A stretch of DNA of 64,000 bases from Mobula hypostoma (Eukaryota). Every line of letters begins with the position of its first letter. Position 1 is the stretch's first letter. The notes under the pieces were generated by a model. The model made no database searches. It had not been told where the DNA came from and was given only the letters and a program-made list of their open reading frames with translations. Shown here piece by piece: positions 24,357 to 35,908 of the stretch. Location: positions 108,192,001-108,256,000 of the forward strand of contig NC_086097.1 of NCBI RefSeq assembly GCF_963921235.1, written 5' to 3'. The position numbers and the translations under genes are program-made.

Positions 24357-25480
24357 ATATATAGAACATAGGATAGTACAGCACAGTACAGGTCCTTCGG
24401 CCCACAATGTTGTGCCGACCCTCAAACACTGCCTCCCATATAACTCCCCCCCCCCCTTAAATTCCTCCATATACCTGTCTAGTAGTCTCTTAAATTTCAC
24501 TAGTGTATCTGCCTCCACCACTGACTCAGGCAGTGCATTCCACGCACCAACCACTCTCTGAGTAAAAAACCTTCCTCTAATATCCCCCTTGAACTTCCCA
24601 CCCCTTACCTTAAAGCCATGTCCTCTTGTATTGAGCAGTGGTGTCCTGGGGAAGAGGCGCTGGCTATCCGCTCTATCTATTCCTCTTAATATCTTGTACA
24701 CCTCTATCATGTCTCCTCTTATCTTCCTTCTCTCCAAAGAGTAAAGCCCTAGCTCCCTTAATCTCTGATCATAATCCATACTATCTAAACCAGGCAGCAT
24801 CCTGGTAAATCTCCTCTGTACCCTTTCCAATGCTTCCACATCCTTCCTATAGTGAGGCGACCAGAACTGGACACAGTACTCCACGTGTGGCCTAACCAGA
24901 GTTTTATAGAGCTGCATCATTACCTCGCGACTCTTAAACTCTATCCCTTGACTTATGAAAGCTAACACCCCATAAGCTTTCTTAACTACCCTGTTAGGCA
25001 ACTTTCAGGGATCTGTGGACACGTACCCCCAGATCCCTCTGCTCCTCCACACTACCAGGCATCCTGCCATTTACTTTGTACTCTGCCTTGGAGTTTGTCA
25101 ATTCCAAAGTGTACCACCTCACACTTCTCCGGTTGAACTTCATCTGCCACTTCTCAGCCCACTTCTGCATCCTATCAATGTCTCTCTGCAATCTTCAACA
25201 ATCCCCTACACTATCTACAACACCACCAACCTTTGTGTTGTCTGCAAACTTGCCAACCCACCCTTCTACCCCCGCATCCAGGTTGTTAATAAAAGTCAAG
25301 AAAAGTAGAGGTCTCAGAACCGATCCTTGTGAGATACCACTAGACACAACCCTCCAATCTGAATGTACTCCCTGCACCATGACCCTCTGCCTTCTGCAGG
25401 CAAGCCAATTCTGAATCCCCCAGGCCAAACTTCCCTGGATCCCATGCCTTCTGACCTTCTGAATAAGCCAACTGTGTGGA
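24357..25480 (-). mobile_element. CR1 LINE, relatively young 3' fragment
   Basis: ORFs 25195-25428 (QGSVLRPLLF..KFADNTK), 24994-25191 and 24309-25001 (EYCVQFWSPHYRKDVEALERVQRRFTRMLP); CTATGTTCTAT tail. Confidence 0.93.
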
Positions 25481-28400
25481 ATTAGATAAATTCATAGTAT
25501 TAGACAAATTCTTAATGTTTCCTGAATGTCTGGACACAAGATAAGAGTGACCCTGGCAAGAATATCCATCACTATTATCCATCACTAATGATTCTGGACA
25601 AGATATTCAGGAGCCGCGTTTTTTTCAAATCGTTGCAGTTGGTGAGGAATTTTTACCCGGCCAATTTATTTCCAGAATTGGATGAGAAATTGTAGCCAGT
25701 GGTGTTTTGAGGTCTGCCTTCTTTGTTCTATTCATTGGTAGAGGTCACTGATTTAGGAAGTGATGTCAAAGGACCACTGACAAGTTATAAATGCATCTTA
25801 TGAAAGGTAAACATTGCAAGTTTATTGCCAGGAACTTTGGTTACAATACGCTTGGCAGATTCATCTTATTCATTAAAAGGGTTTGTAAATTGTTGAGGTC
25901 CAACATATGATTTCTTTGGCACGCTACAAGTTACAACCTGCAACCTGAATAAATACAATTATCCCAACTCTGCTTTATGTTTGTTAGCCAAACCTCTGTG
26001 GTGTTCAGTACATTCACTTTATATACCCTACCCTGCTTGTTTGTAAAATGTTTCCTTGTCAAAGATTTGCCACATTGACTCTGCTGAGCTATATTTCGAT
26101 TTTTTTAATGTCCCACTACTACTATTTGCAAAATGGTGGAGAAGTCCTGACCTGGTCAACTGCTGTGCAGTCCGCAGGTATTGTTCTGCAGGTACTGTAG
26201 GTCATCTCCTCAATGTCTTTTCTACCTCTCAACACCACCAATCATCTACTTCTCATCCCAGATGGTACCACTATTATTGGAGACTTTCCTTATATCCCTA
26301 CAGTACCACCAGTATTTGATTTTCACTCTGCTGACTCGCTTCCATCACCAGCCTAGTTCTTGATCACCACCACCAACCTACTTCACATCTACCAAACATC
26401 CACTACCAGAAATTCTCATCCCACCACCACCATCCTTCCTGGGAGCTCCATTCCACCATGTCTCCTAACCCAATCCTCACCACTACTAGCCTCTTGGACA
26501 ATCTCTGCTCCAGCTACCATCGGATAGAAGGTACACAGTGAAGTCCCATACAACCATGTTCAAGAACAGCTGGTACCTTCAATAATTCAGTTCTTAAACC
26601 AACCAGCATAACCCTTATCACTACAGTTTAACAGGATTATAACTAGTTTTATCACTTTGCACTGAAATGGACTTCATTCTTTTTCTTTTTCTATTTGTGT
26701 TCTTTCTTGTAAAAGTTGAGTATAATCTATGTGTAATTTGTTTTTCTGTCGGATACTTTGTGTCTGAGATGCTGATTTGCATTTAGTTGTTCATTTCACT
26801 TATGTGTAAATATATTTGTGCATACACTGCAGCAATAAACCTGACTTTAATGACTTTGACTTTGATGGCTTTGGACGCTCCCTCAGAAGTTTCAACGAGG
26901 AGCACTCTATGATGTTCTCCTTAATCAGAAGTATACCTCTGCTTCCTCTTGTTTCTCCAACTCTATTCTGTCTACAGCATCTGTACCCTGCTTCTTGTGC
27001 TGTCCCTCCCTTAGCCATGTTTCTGTAATATCCCTGACCTGAGTTCATCTGCCTTACCTGTCAGATCTCTGCATGAAATAAATGCAATTTAATCCAGCAG
27101 ACCTTCCTGCTCCTTGTCTGTCTTGTTTACTAATGTTACTGTCATTGAATTAGATCTCAACTTCTAGCCTCTCATCTGTCTCAGTTCTGCTTTGGATTCC
27201 CTCGCCACGCTGCCAATGTAGTCTAAGCCCTCAGTTGGATTAGGGTCTATTGCTATTTAAATTTATTTTCTAGTATCACTTCTTTATGCTTGCTTATATG
27301 TTTGTATAGGCACCAGTTTGCTTGTAAATTTTCGATAGGTTTTTTGAGTGATGTGTCCTATAGTTGATACTGTACTTCTGTAGTTTCCTTGTCTGTAAGC
27401 CTGAGATGTCATGTTTCACAGACTGTCCTTATCAGAGAAAACTCCCTTAACTTAAATTGTAGCACTAGCAAATCTGCAACCAGAATATTGATCATCTTCC
27501 AGTTCAGGTGCAACCTGTCTAACTTTGTCCTGGAAGAGATCCCAGTGGTTCACAAATCTGAATCCTTGTCCCCTGGGCTAACTCTTCAGTCACACATTCA
27601 TCTGCCATGTCCTCTTATTCTTACCCTCACTAGCTCGTGGCAGAGGGAGTAATCCAGAAATTACTACTCTTGGACCTGGTTTTTAACCTCTTTCCTTTCT
27701 CCCTATATTAATTCTGCAGGACTTCATCCCTATTTCTACCTGTGCCTTTTGTGCCAACATCCACTCCTACTTTTGGCCGCTCAAGCTCCCCTTTCAGAAT
27801 GTCTGCAACACTCAGAGACAGCCTTGACCCAAGCGAAAGGGAATACAACGCACCATCCTAGGATTCCTTTTAATTTGGGGTGTAAGATTAATACCTGTAT
27901 TTTAGGGGTAATGCAGTTTCCAGGTGATAATCCTCTGCACTGTTTATAAAGAATTGTAGGATTTGAGGCAGGCAATTAGGTAATGCAAAGCAGGAAAAAA
28001 ATGTTTGCATAGAAGCCCAGACCCAGCAGAGAAACAGGATTTAGCCGATACATTACAGCCGATCAAAGCAGCATGTCTATCTGGCAGGATGCCTCTTAGA
28101 TATGGAAGCTCATCTTCACCAGCCCTGCCATTTCAGTGTAGGTTCATTCGGACTGCAGCCTCAATTGAAGATGCTTAGGCCTTTTAACAAAGACTTGGAT
28201 CTGATCCCTGTTTTGTGCTAATCAAATTGGTTGCTATCAAGTCTGTTGTAGGGAAGATGAAAGATTGACGAAGTGCTGTTTGTTATTCAGCAATTGCATG
28301 CTGTGTTGTGTGCACAGAGTGCAGATAAGATCCAAATTAATTTATTGCATACAGAGAGCTTTCATATATGCTTATAGCATCTCAAAGAACTTCAGACACC

Positions 28401-29637
28401 TCCAAAATAATTCATGCAAATTTTGTTCTCTGGACAAATTCTTAGCCACATTTAAAGCTGTACAGATAACAAATAATTAATGAACTTTTGAACTGTGCCA
28501 AATAGACATAGTTTGAGAAAATATTAAATAATGTGTTTTAAGATAGTAATTTCAGTGGCAAATATCCTTGAATTTCAAACCTTAATATTGCATATGTAAA
28601 AGGGAAAATTGTAGGAAATAGTGCATTTCAAAAATTTAAAAAGGAAATAACTGTTGTTCCCTTTATGTTTATGCAGAGAATCACAATTAAAAAATAAAAA
28701 TGGCAGTCAAAATTCCTTTTTCAATTACTTAGCAGCTTCGAACATGATAAATCTCAGTACAATAGCCTGATCTACTTATTATCAGTCCTGGAGTGATATT
28801 GTTTCTGTTTTGTGCTTCATTCCAGACTGAAGGAAAGGAAGCTTTAATGTAATGCTCCTCCAGGTATTTAGTTACACTGTTAATGTATATTTGATAAAGT
28901 GTGCTGCCTAGAAAGGAACTGCAGTGAGATACAATATGATCTCCACTGGAAAACAGCACCAATTATAGCATATCCTGCCTAGCAACTGTTATAATTTTAT
29001 TAGGTGTTTCAATAAATCTCCATTTAAGTATTGTTCCCCATGTGGGCTCTTTAAATTTTACTAACCAAGAACTCACCCCAGTACCGCAAGGATTTAACAG
29101 TAGTTCCAAAAGTGTGGATTTTTCTGTCTGCTGCTGGAGTTTGGCATAATTCCTATAAATCAGTGTGAAAGAATGGAAGGCTAATTTTCTGAACGGGAAG
29201 AATCTTATTCACAGGGAGCACACGTCAGGTTTAAAGAGAGAACCTACCCTTGTGCAAATCCGTTCATTCCCTCTTGGCATCTCAAAGCATCTTGAGTTTT
29301 ATTTTCTTGAAATACAACAATAGTTAAACGTCTTTTCATACTGAACATGTGTCAGCCTTTACGTGCACAGGATAGTGAACAAACAAAAACAAAAGAGTCT
29401 CCTTTTTTGAATTAATTGAGGGATCAGTGTTGGTCATTGCTCTTCGGAAAGTGCAATGGGACCTCGGATGGAAGAAAGTATTTTGTTTTCCTCCTCTTCG
29501 GTGACTCTTCCATCGTAGTTCTGTGTGTTCTGGTGAGGCCAATGTGGGAACTGCAAACTCTTTTCACAGGTCATATAGGAACTACTTGACAAAGTGGGCA
29601 GATTGATAGTTGATGAAGTGATGCACACCCCTTACTG

Positions 29638-30933
29638 CAGTACCTATACAAAGTATTCACCCCCCTCTCCCCTGGAAGTGTCCATGTTTTATTGTTTTAC
29701 AGCATTGAATCACAGTGGATTTAATTTGGCTTTTTTGACACCAATCAACAGGAAAAGACTCTTTCATGCCAAAGTGAAAACAGATGTCTACAAAGTATTT
29801 GAAATTAATGAGAACTATAAAACACAAAGTAATTGATTGTATGAGTATTCACCCCCTTCAAGTCTGTATTTAGTAGATGCACCTGTGTGGATAGATCTCG
29901 ATCAGCTTTGCACATCTGGACACGACTACTTTTTCCCCATTCTTCTTTACAAAACTGCTCAAGCTCCATTAGATTGTATGGGGATCATGAGTGAACAGCC
30001 CTTTTCATGTCTAGCCACAAATTTCTCAATTGGATTGAGATCTGGACTCTGACTTGGCCACTCCAGGACATTAACTTTGTTGTTTTTAAGCCATTTCTGT
30101 GTAGGTTTGGCTTTATGCTTGGGATCATTGTCTTGCTGGAAAGACTGCATCAGGTTTTCCTCTAGGATTTCCCTGTATTTTGCTGCATTCGTTTTACCCT
30201 CTACCTTCACAAGCCTTCCAGGACGTGCTGCAGTGAAACATCCCCACAGCATGATGCAGCCACCACCATGCTTCACGGTAGGGATGGTGAGTTTTTGATG
30301 GCTTACTTCAAACATAGCACTTAGCCAAATGCCAAAAAGCTCAATTTTGGTTTCATCGGACCATAGAGCCTTCTTACAGCTGACTTCAGAGTCTCCCACA
30401 TGCCTTCTGGCAAACTCTAGCCAAGATTTCATGTGAGGATTTTTTTTCAATAGTGGCTTTCTCTTTGCCACCCTTCTATAAAGCTGTGACTGGTGAAGCA
30501 CTCGGGCAACAGCTGTTGTATGCGCAGTCTTTCCCATCTCAGCCACTGAAGCTTGTAACTCCTCCAGAGTTGTCATCGGCCTCTTGGTGGCTTCCCTTAC
30601 TGGTAACCTTCTTGCATGGTCACTCCGTTTTTGAGGCCGGCCTGCTCTAGGCAGATTTACAGCTGTACCATATTCTTTCCATTTCTTGATGATTGACTTA
30701 ACTGTACTCCAAGGGATATTCAGTGACTTGGAAATTTTCTTGTATCCATCTCCTGACCTGTGCTTTTCAATAACCTTTTCACAGAGCCGCTTAGAGTGTT
30801 CTTTTGTCTTCATGGTAGTTTTTGCCAGAATACTGACTCACCAGCAGTTGGGCCTTCCAGATAAATGTTGTAAAACAATAAAACATAAAAACTTCCGCGG
30901 GGGGGTGGTGGTGAATACTTTTTAAAGCCACTG
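29638..30933 (-). mobile_element. Tc1 (DD34E) DNA transposon, IR/DR type, internally deleted
   Basis: ~70-bp inverted termini (CAGTACCTATACAAAGTATTCACCCCC.. and ..GGTGAATACTTTTTAAAGCCACTG). Inner direct repeat AGTATTCACCCCC at ~29844. Confidence 0.93.
29959..30813 (-). pseudogene. Tc1 transposase remnant (284-aa open frame)
   Basis: Paired-like HTH, GRPQK, WSDETK, QQDNDPKH and SPDLNPIE, with 34 residues between the second D and the E. Short deletions and a frameshifted C-terminus. Confidence 0.9.
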
Positions 30934-31499
30934 TGTTTACACAATGGTTCTTTGTGCTCCCGATGCATAGACTTGAGGTTCACAATATCATCCTGAAGGT
31001 TGCTTCTCTGCTAAACAGTCATTGGATAGAAATTCCAGACATCATCAAAAATTGATACACTTTTAGGAAGTTTTGAGCATAATCTTTAACTTCAGAAACC
31101 TGATGATGGACATGTGAACAAGGTGGCCTGCCTAACGTTACTGATTGAGAGTGACTAGGGTTTAGTGCTGGAGACGTTGGCCTGTTTGTTTATTTTCTTG
31201 TGAGTTTTGGAGGGTTTAGTAGAGAAACACAAGAGGTATTTTACCAGCGCTGCTCAAGGTCATCCAGGTCCCTGAAGTACTGAGGAGGGTAGAGATCAAG
31301 GCTGCTTGATAAACCATGAGTTTTGTGCCAGGTCTGTATTCTTGATCTTCTAATATGTTTTACACTAAATGACTAAAGGCTAATCTTTGGCCTTCAATTC
31401 GCACATTGAAGTGGTGCTAAATTTCAGCATCAACCAACATATTCCTTTGCTGAGAGGTGATGCACAAGACCTGCTTCTCACTGTAACTTCAGACGGCCT

Positions 31500-33060
31500 G
31501 ATTAATCTAGAACCTATGAACCTCCACTTTAAATATACCCAATGACTTGGCCTGCACAATCATCTGTGGCAATGAATTCTACAGATTCATCTCCCTCGGG
31601 CTAAAGAATTTTTTCCTTATCTCTGTTTTAAATGTATGTCTATCAATTCTGAGGCTGCACCCTCTGGTCCTAGATTCTCCCACTATAGGAAACATCCTTC
31701 CCCCTTCCACTCTATCCAGACCTTTCAATATTCAATAGATTTCAGTGAGAACCCCCCTCATTCTTCTAAACCCCAGTGAGTACAGGCTCCTCATATGTTA
31801 ACCCTTTCATTCCTGGGATCATCCTCATGAACTTCTAATGTCAGCTCATCTTTTCCTAAATAAGGGGCCCAAAACTGTTCACAATGTTCCAAATGCAGTC
31901 CGACTAATGCTTTTTAAAGCCTCCTCGTTACACCCATGCTTTTTTTTTTATTCTAGTCCTCTCAAAATTAATGCCAACATTGCATTTGCCTTCCTCACCA
32001 CTGACTAAACTTGCAAGTTATCCTTTAGGGAATCCTGCAAGAGAACTCCCAAGATCCTCTGCACCTCTCATTTTTGAAATTTTCTCTCCACTTATAAAAT
32101 AGTCCACACCTTTATTCCTGTGCTAATGCACATGACCATGCACTTCCCTACATTATATTCCATCTGCCACTTCTTTACCCATTCCCTGAATCTGACTAAG
32201 TCCTTCAGCAGGCACCCTGTTTCCTCAACACCATCTTCCCCTCCACCTGTCTTCATATTGTCCACAAACTTGGCCACTAAGCCACCAGTTCCTGTATCCA
32301 AATCATTGACATACAAAGAGAAAAGAAGCTATCCCAAAACCAACCCCTGCAGTACACCATTACCCACAGGCAGACAACCAGAAAAGGCCCAATTCATTCC
32401 CACTCTTATCTCCAATCTTCTACCCATGTTTGTACCTTTCCTATAATACCATGGGCTCTTATTTTATTAAGATTCAAGATTCAAAAAACTTTATTGTCAT
32501 TCCAACCGTACATCAGCTCTGCAGAGCGGAATGAGACAGCGTTTCCCAGGAGCAGTGCAATCATAAGCAGCCTCATCTGCACTACCTTGTCAAAGGCCTT
32601 CTGAAAATCCAAACAAACACCATCCACTGACTCTCCTTTGTCTATCCTGCCTGTTATTTCCTCAAAGAACTCCATCAGGTTCCCCTGAAGGAAACCAGGC
32701 TGACTTTGGCCTATTTTGTCATGTGCTTCCAAGTACTCAGAAACCTCACCTTTAATGATAGACTCCAACATCTTTCCAACCACTGAAGTCAGGCTAACTG
32801 GCCTATAATTTCCTTTCTTCCACCTCTCTCCCTTCTTAAAGAGTGGAGTGATATTTGCAAATTTCCAGTTCTTGAAAGATCATTACTAATGCCTCCACAA
32901 TCTCTTCAGCACCTCTTTCAGAACCCTGGGGTGTAGTCTATCTTATCTACCTTAGGTTATTCAGCTTCCCAAACACCTCCTCGGTAACAGCAATGATACT
33001 GACTTCTGTCCCCTGACTCTTGCATTTCTGGTGTTCTGCTAGTGCCTTCCACAGTGAAGG
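31500..33060 (-). mobile_element. CR1 LINE ORF2 fragment with a ~90-bp nested insert at ~32470-32563
   Basis: ORFs 32481-32783 (CLDFQKAFDKV) and 32092-32316 (YVNDLD..KFVDNMK). Insert has a GATTCAAGATTCAA tail and TAAG flanks. Confidence 0.88.
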
Positions 33061-33466
33061 ATGTGAAGTGGTTCAAGTTTTTCAGGGCCTTGCCGTGAGA
33101 CCTTATTGTTGCAGGGAAATGTGAGGCATCAGAAGCATGTTGATAAAGAGTTTCTCTCTTGGCATGTTGCTTGTAAGGCCCGTCCTCACCATGCTTCGGT
33201 GTATAAGTTGTTGATGGCTTGGTTCTCAGCCTCCAGGTGACTATAAAAGTAAGCATTTGGCAGTTGGGCTACTAAAGTTTGTATGACCTATGTCCTTGAT
33301 TCTGGAGAGTAATTACATTAGACTGGACAGCTTCTGATTAGTTACAAAGATTAGTTTCACTCCTGCAGGAAATTTTTTTGAATGTTAAGGTGCAGCACTG
33401 TTGCATTTCAAAGTGGGAAAAATATGCAACTTTGTGTAACAGAGTCTTCACTGAAATTGACTCGGA

Positions 33467-34066
33467 AGATGCTGGAGGAACTCAGGAAGTCAGGCAGCAG
33501 CTATTGAAATGAATAGATAGTCGACGTTTCAGGTTGAGACCCTTCTTCAGGAGAGAAGGAAGGAAGGGGGAAGATGCTAGAATAAAAAGGTGGGGGAAGA
33601 GGAAAGAGGCTAGCTGGAAGATGAAAGGTGAAACCTAGTGGGTGTGAAAGTTCAAGGGCTGGAGAAGAAAGAATCTGATAGGAGAGGAAAGTGGACCATA
33701 AGAGAAAGAGAAGGAGAAGAGGGCCCAGGGGAAGTAAAGGCAGGTGAGAAGAAGTGAAAGTGGAGAATAGGGGAAAGGGGAGTGGAATTTGTTTACCAGG
33801 AGGAGAATTCGATGTTCATGCCATCAGGTTGGAGGATAACCAAATGGAATATAAGGTGATACTACTCCACCCTGAGGGTGGCCTCATCTGGCCTCAAGAG
33901 GTGGCCATGGACCAACACATCAGAATGCGAATGGGAGTCAGAATTAAAATGTTTGGCCACTGGGAAGTCCCGCTTATGGCAGATGGAGCAGAGGTGTGCG
34001 ACAAAGCGGTCCCCCAATTTACGATGGGTCTCACCAACACAGAGGAGGCCATTTCAGGAGCACCAG
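33467..34066 (-). mobile_element. Penelope-like element 3' end
   Basis: Reverse complement homologous to 14570-15240 (GETHRKLGDRF..DFPVAKHFNS..LQPDGMNIEFS). Confidence 0.88.
33519..33553 (-). ncRNA. Minimal hammerhead ribozyme motif, core intact, stem I partly lost
   Basis: CTC-CTGAAGA-A-GGGT(CTCA)ACCT-GAAA-CGTC-GACT. Confidence 0.6.
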
Positions 34067-34259
34067 AATTATAATTTGCTATAGACTGGCTGGTTAGGTA
34101 CATGTGTTACATGCCGTCACAAAGCAAAGATAAGATGGAGGTTGCTGCACTGTTTTTCCAGATTGATGCCAAAGAATTTATTGAGATCAAGAAAAGGCAT
34201 TTCTACATTTTTCTTGGAGTTGCCACATGGTGGCAATCATGTTAGCTGTGCCTCCAGAT

Positions 34260-34338
34260 CAGGGGTTCCCAATCTTTCTAAACCCTGGACCTCTACCATT
34301 AACCGAGGGGTCCATGGACTCCAGGTTGGGAACTGTTG
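34260..34338. mobile_element. hAT (Charlie-like) MITE, 79 bp
   Basis: CAGGGGTTCCCAA..GGTTGGGAACTGTTG with 8-bp TSD CTCCAGAT/CTCTAGAT, fitting the NTCTAGAN Charlie target consensus. Confidence 0.85.
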
Positions 34339-35559
34339 CTCTAGATGGATGGAATCCACATTCTGATATGGGGAGCAGCAGCAAGAATTAATGAAGGGGG
34401 ACCCTGGGGATTACTTTCCCTGAGCCCAATAACATCTGAAATTGCAAGTCTGATTCGTTTCCTTTTATGAAGATGGGTATGACCAGGTCATTCAGAGATA
34501 TCCTCAAATATTCTCTTTTACCTAAATGTGGACAGTGAGATTGTGAATTCACAACTGAAGATCTTCACAGTTTTAGAGCAACACTAGGACATTGCTGGCT
34601 TCTGAACCCTTGTTGCTTCAGGTGAAATGGGGTTTCATCAGCTTCTTGTTGGTCAGACAGCAAAGCAGTATGGCAGCTAATTCAAATCCAACAGGTTAAT
34701 ACTCCCCAAGTTGTGCCCTGGAGTGTTAGCGAGCCTACATTGTGCTGGGAGGAATGGTTGAAATCTTTGTTTCAGAATTACATCCAAACAAAATCAGTGC
34801 AAATAAAAATCAAGTTAACTCCCTTAACTGTTGAGAAATTCATCTTATTTTACAGCTGGATTTTCATTCTTCTAGAAGTTTTTTCTGTCTGTATGTAACA
34901 TGTGGTACAACTTGCAAAATTCATCTGTGATGAGATTTTTAACTTCACTGGACAGGAAAACAATTCCTATGTACTCACCAAACATTATTGTTTATTGACA
35001 CTGTTTACAGCAAGACTCAAGCACTCAATGATTTCCTTTTTCTCACAGATCTGTGATCAGTTCTGACCTCAGACACAATTCCACTAGGTGAGGTTCAGGG
35101 TCACTGACGCTAGTCTCTGCAACAACACTGTCTACTGTATTAAACTCCAGGCTCAGGCAGAGTGGACCTTCCACTGTTTTGTAGCATAGGTATGTGCTGC
35201 TATTGCGGACTTCATCGCAAAGCTGGTGTGCACTGCTTGTATTTATGCTTATACAGTGCCCCATGTCAGTTTCCTTCCAGGATGAATAAAAACAATGCAC
35301 TGGAGAAACTCAGCAGGTCAGTAAAGAGAATTAATGGCTGCTATCCATGACCCTTTTAAAGAGCAGTTCTGCAAAGTATTTCCTGTGTTTTCTATTTTTT
35401 ACTTCAGATATCAGTTGTAAACTTGCTATAAATCATTTTCAAAAAACCTACAGCTGAGGACATCCAAGATAAAAACAGAAAATGCTGGAATTACTCAGCA
35501 GGTAAAGCTGTATCTGTGGAAAGAGAACACTAATGATTCAGATTGAAGGGTCTGACCTC

Positions 35560-35848
35560 AAAGTTCAAAGTAAATTTATTATCAAAGTACGTAGATGTCA
35601 CCATGTACTGCCCTGAGATTCATTTTCTTGTGGGCATTCATAGCAGAACAAAGAAATACGATGGAGTCAGTGAAAATCTACACACAAAAACTGACAAGCA
35701 AGCAAGGTGCAAAAGAAGACAAATTGCAAATAAAAACATATTAATGAACTAATAATACTGAGAACATGAGCTGCAGAGTGCTTGAAAGTTAGTTCATTTA
35801 GAAAGTTGTGGTATTAGTTCAGAATTGAGGTGAGTGAAGTTATCCATG
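35560..35848 (-). mobile_element. Rex1-type 3' UTR/tail, inserted in a small Penelope-derived remnant (~35472-35885)
   Basis: AAAGTTCAAAGTAAATTTATTATCAAAGTAC..CCCTGAGATTCATTTTCTTGTGGGCAT, shared with 53517-53797 and 61237-61455. Confidence 0.75.
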
Positions 35849-35908
35849 CTGAGTATTTTCAGTGATTTCTGTTTCTATTTTAGATGGCAATAGTGTTTCT
35901 CTTTCGCG

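Noticed and set aside
26190..26520. CCA-rich low-complexity patch as a seed or relative of the giant minisatellite
   Set aside because: It shares only short CATCCCACCACCACCATCC-like words, with no 16-bp periodicity.
31099..31148. TGATGA...CTGA pair resembling a C/D snoRNA
   Set aside because: Only ~45 nt between the boxes, no terminal stem and no recognisable guide.
34220..34236. Hairpin TTGCCAC-ATG-GTGGCAA
   Set aside because: A 7-bp stem is expected by chance in 64 kb and has no supporting context.
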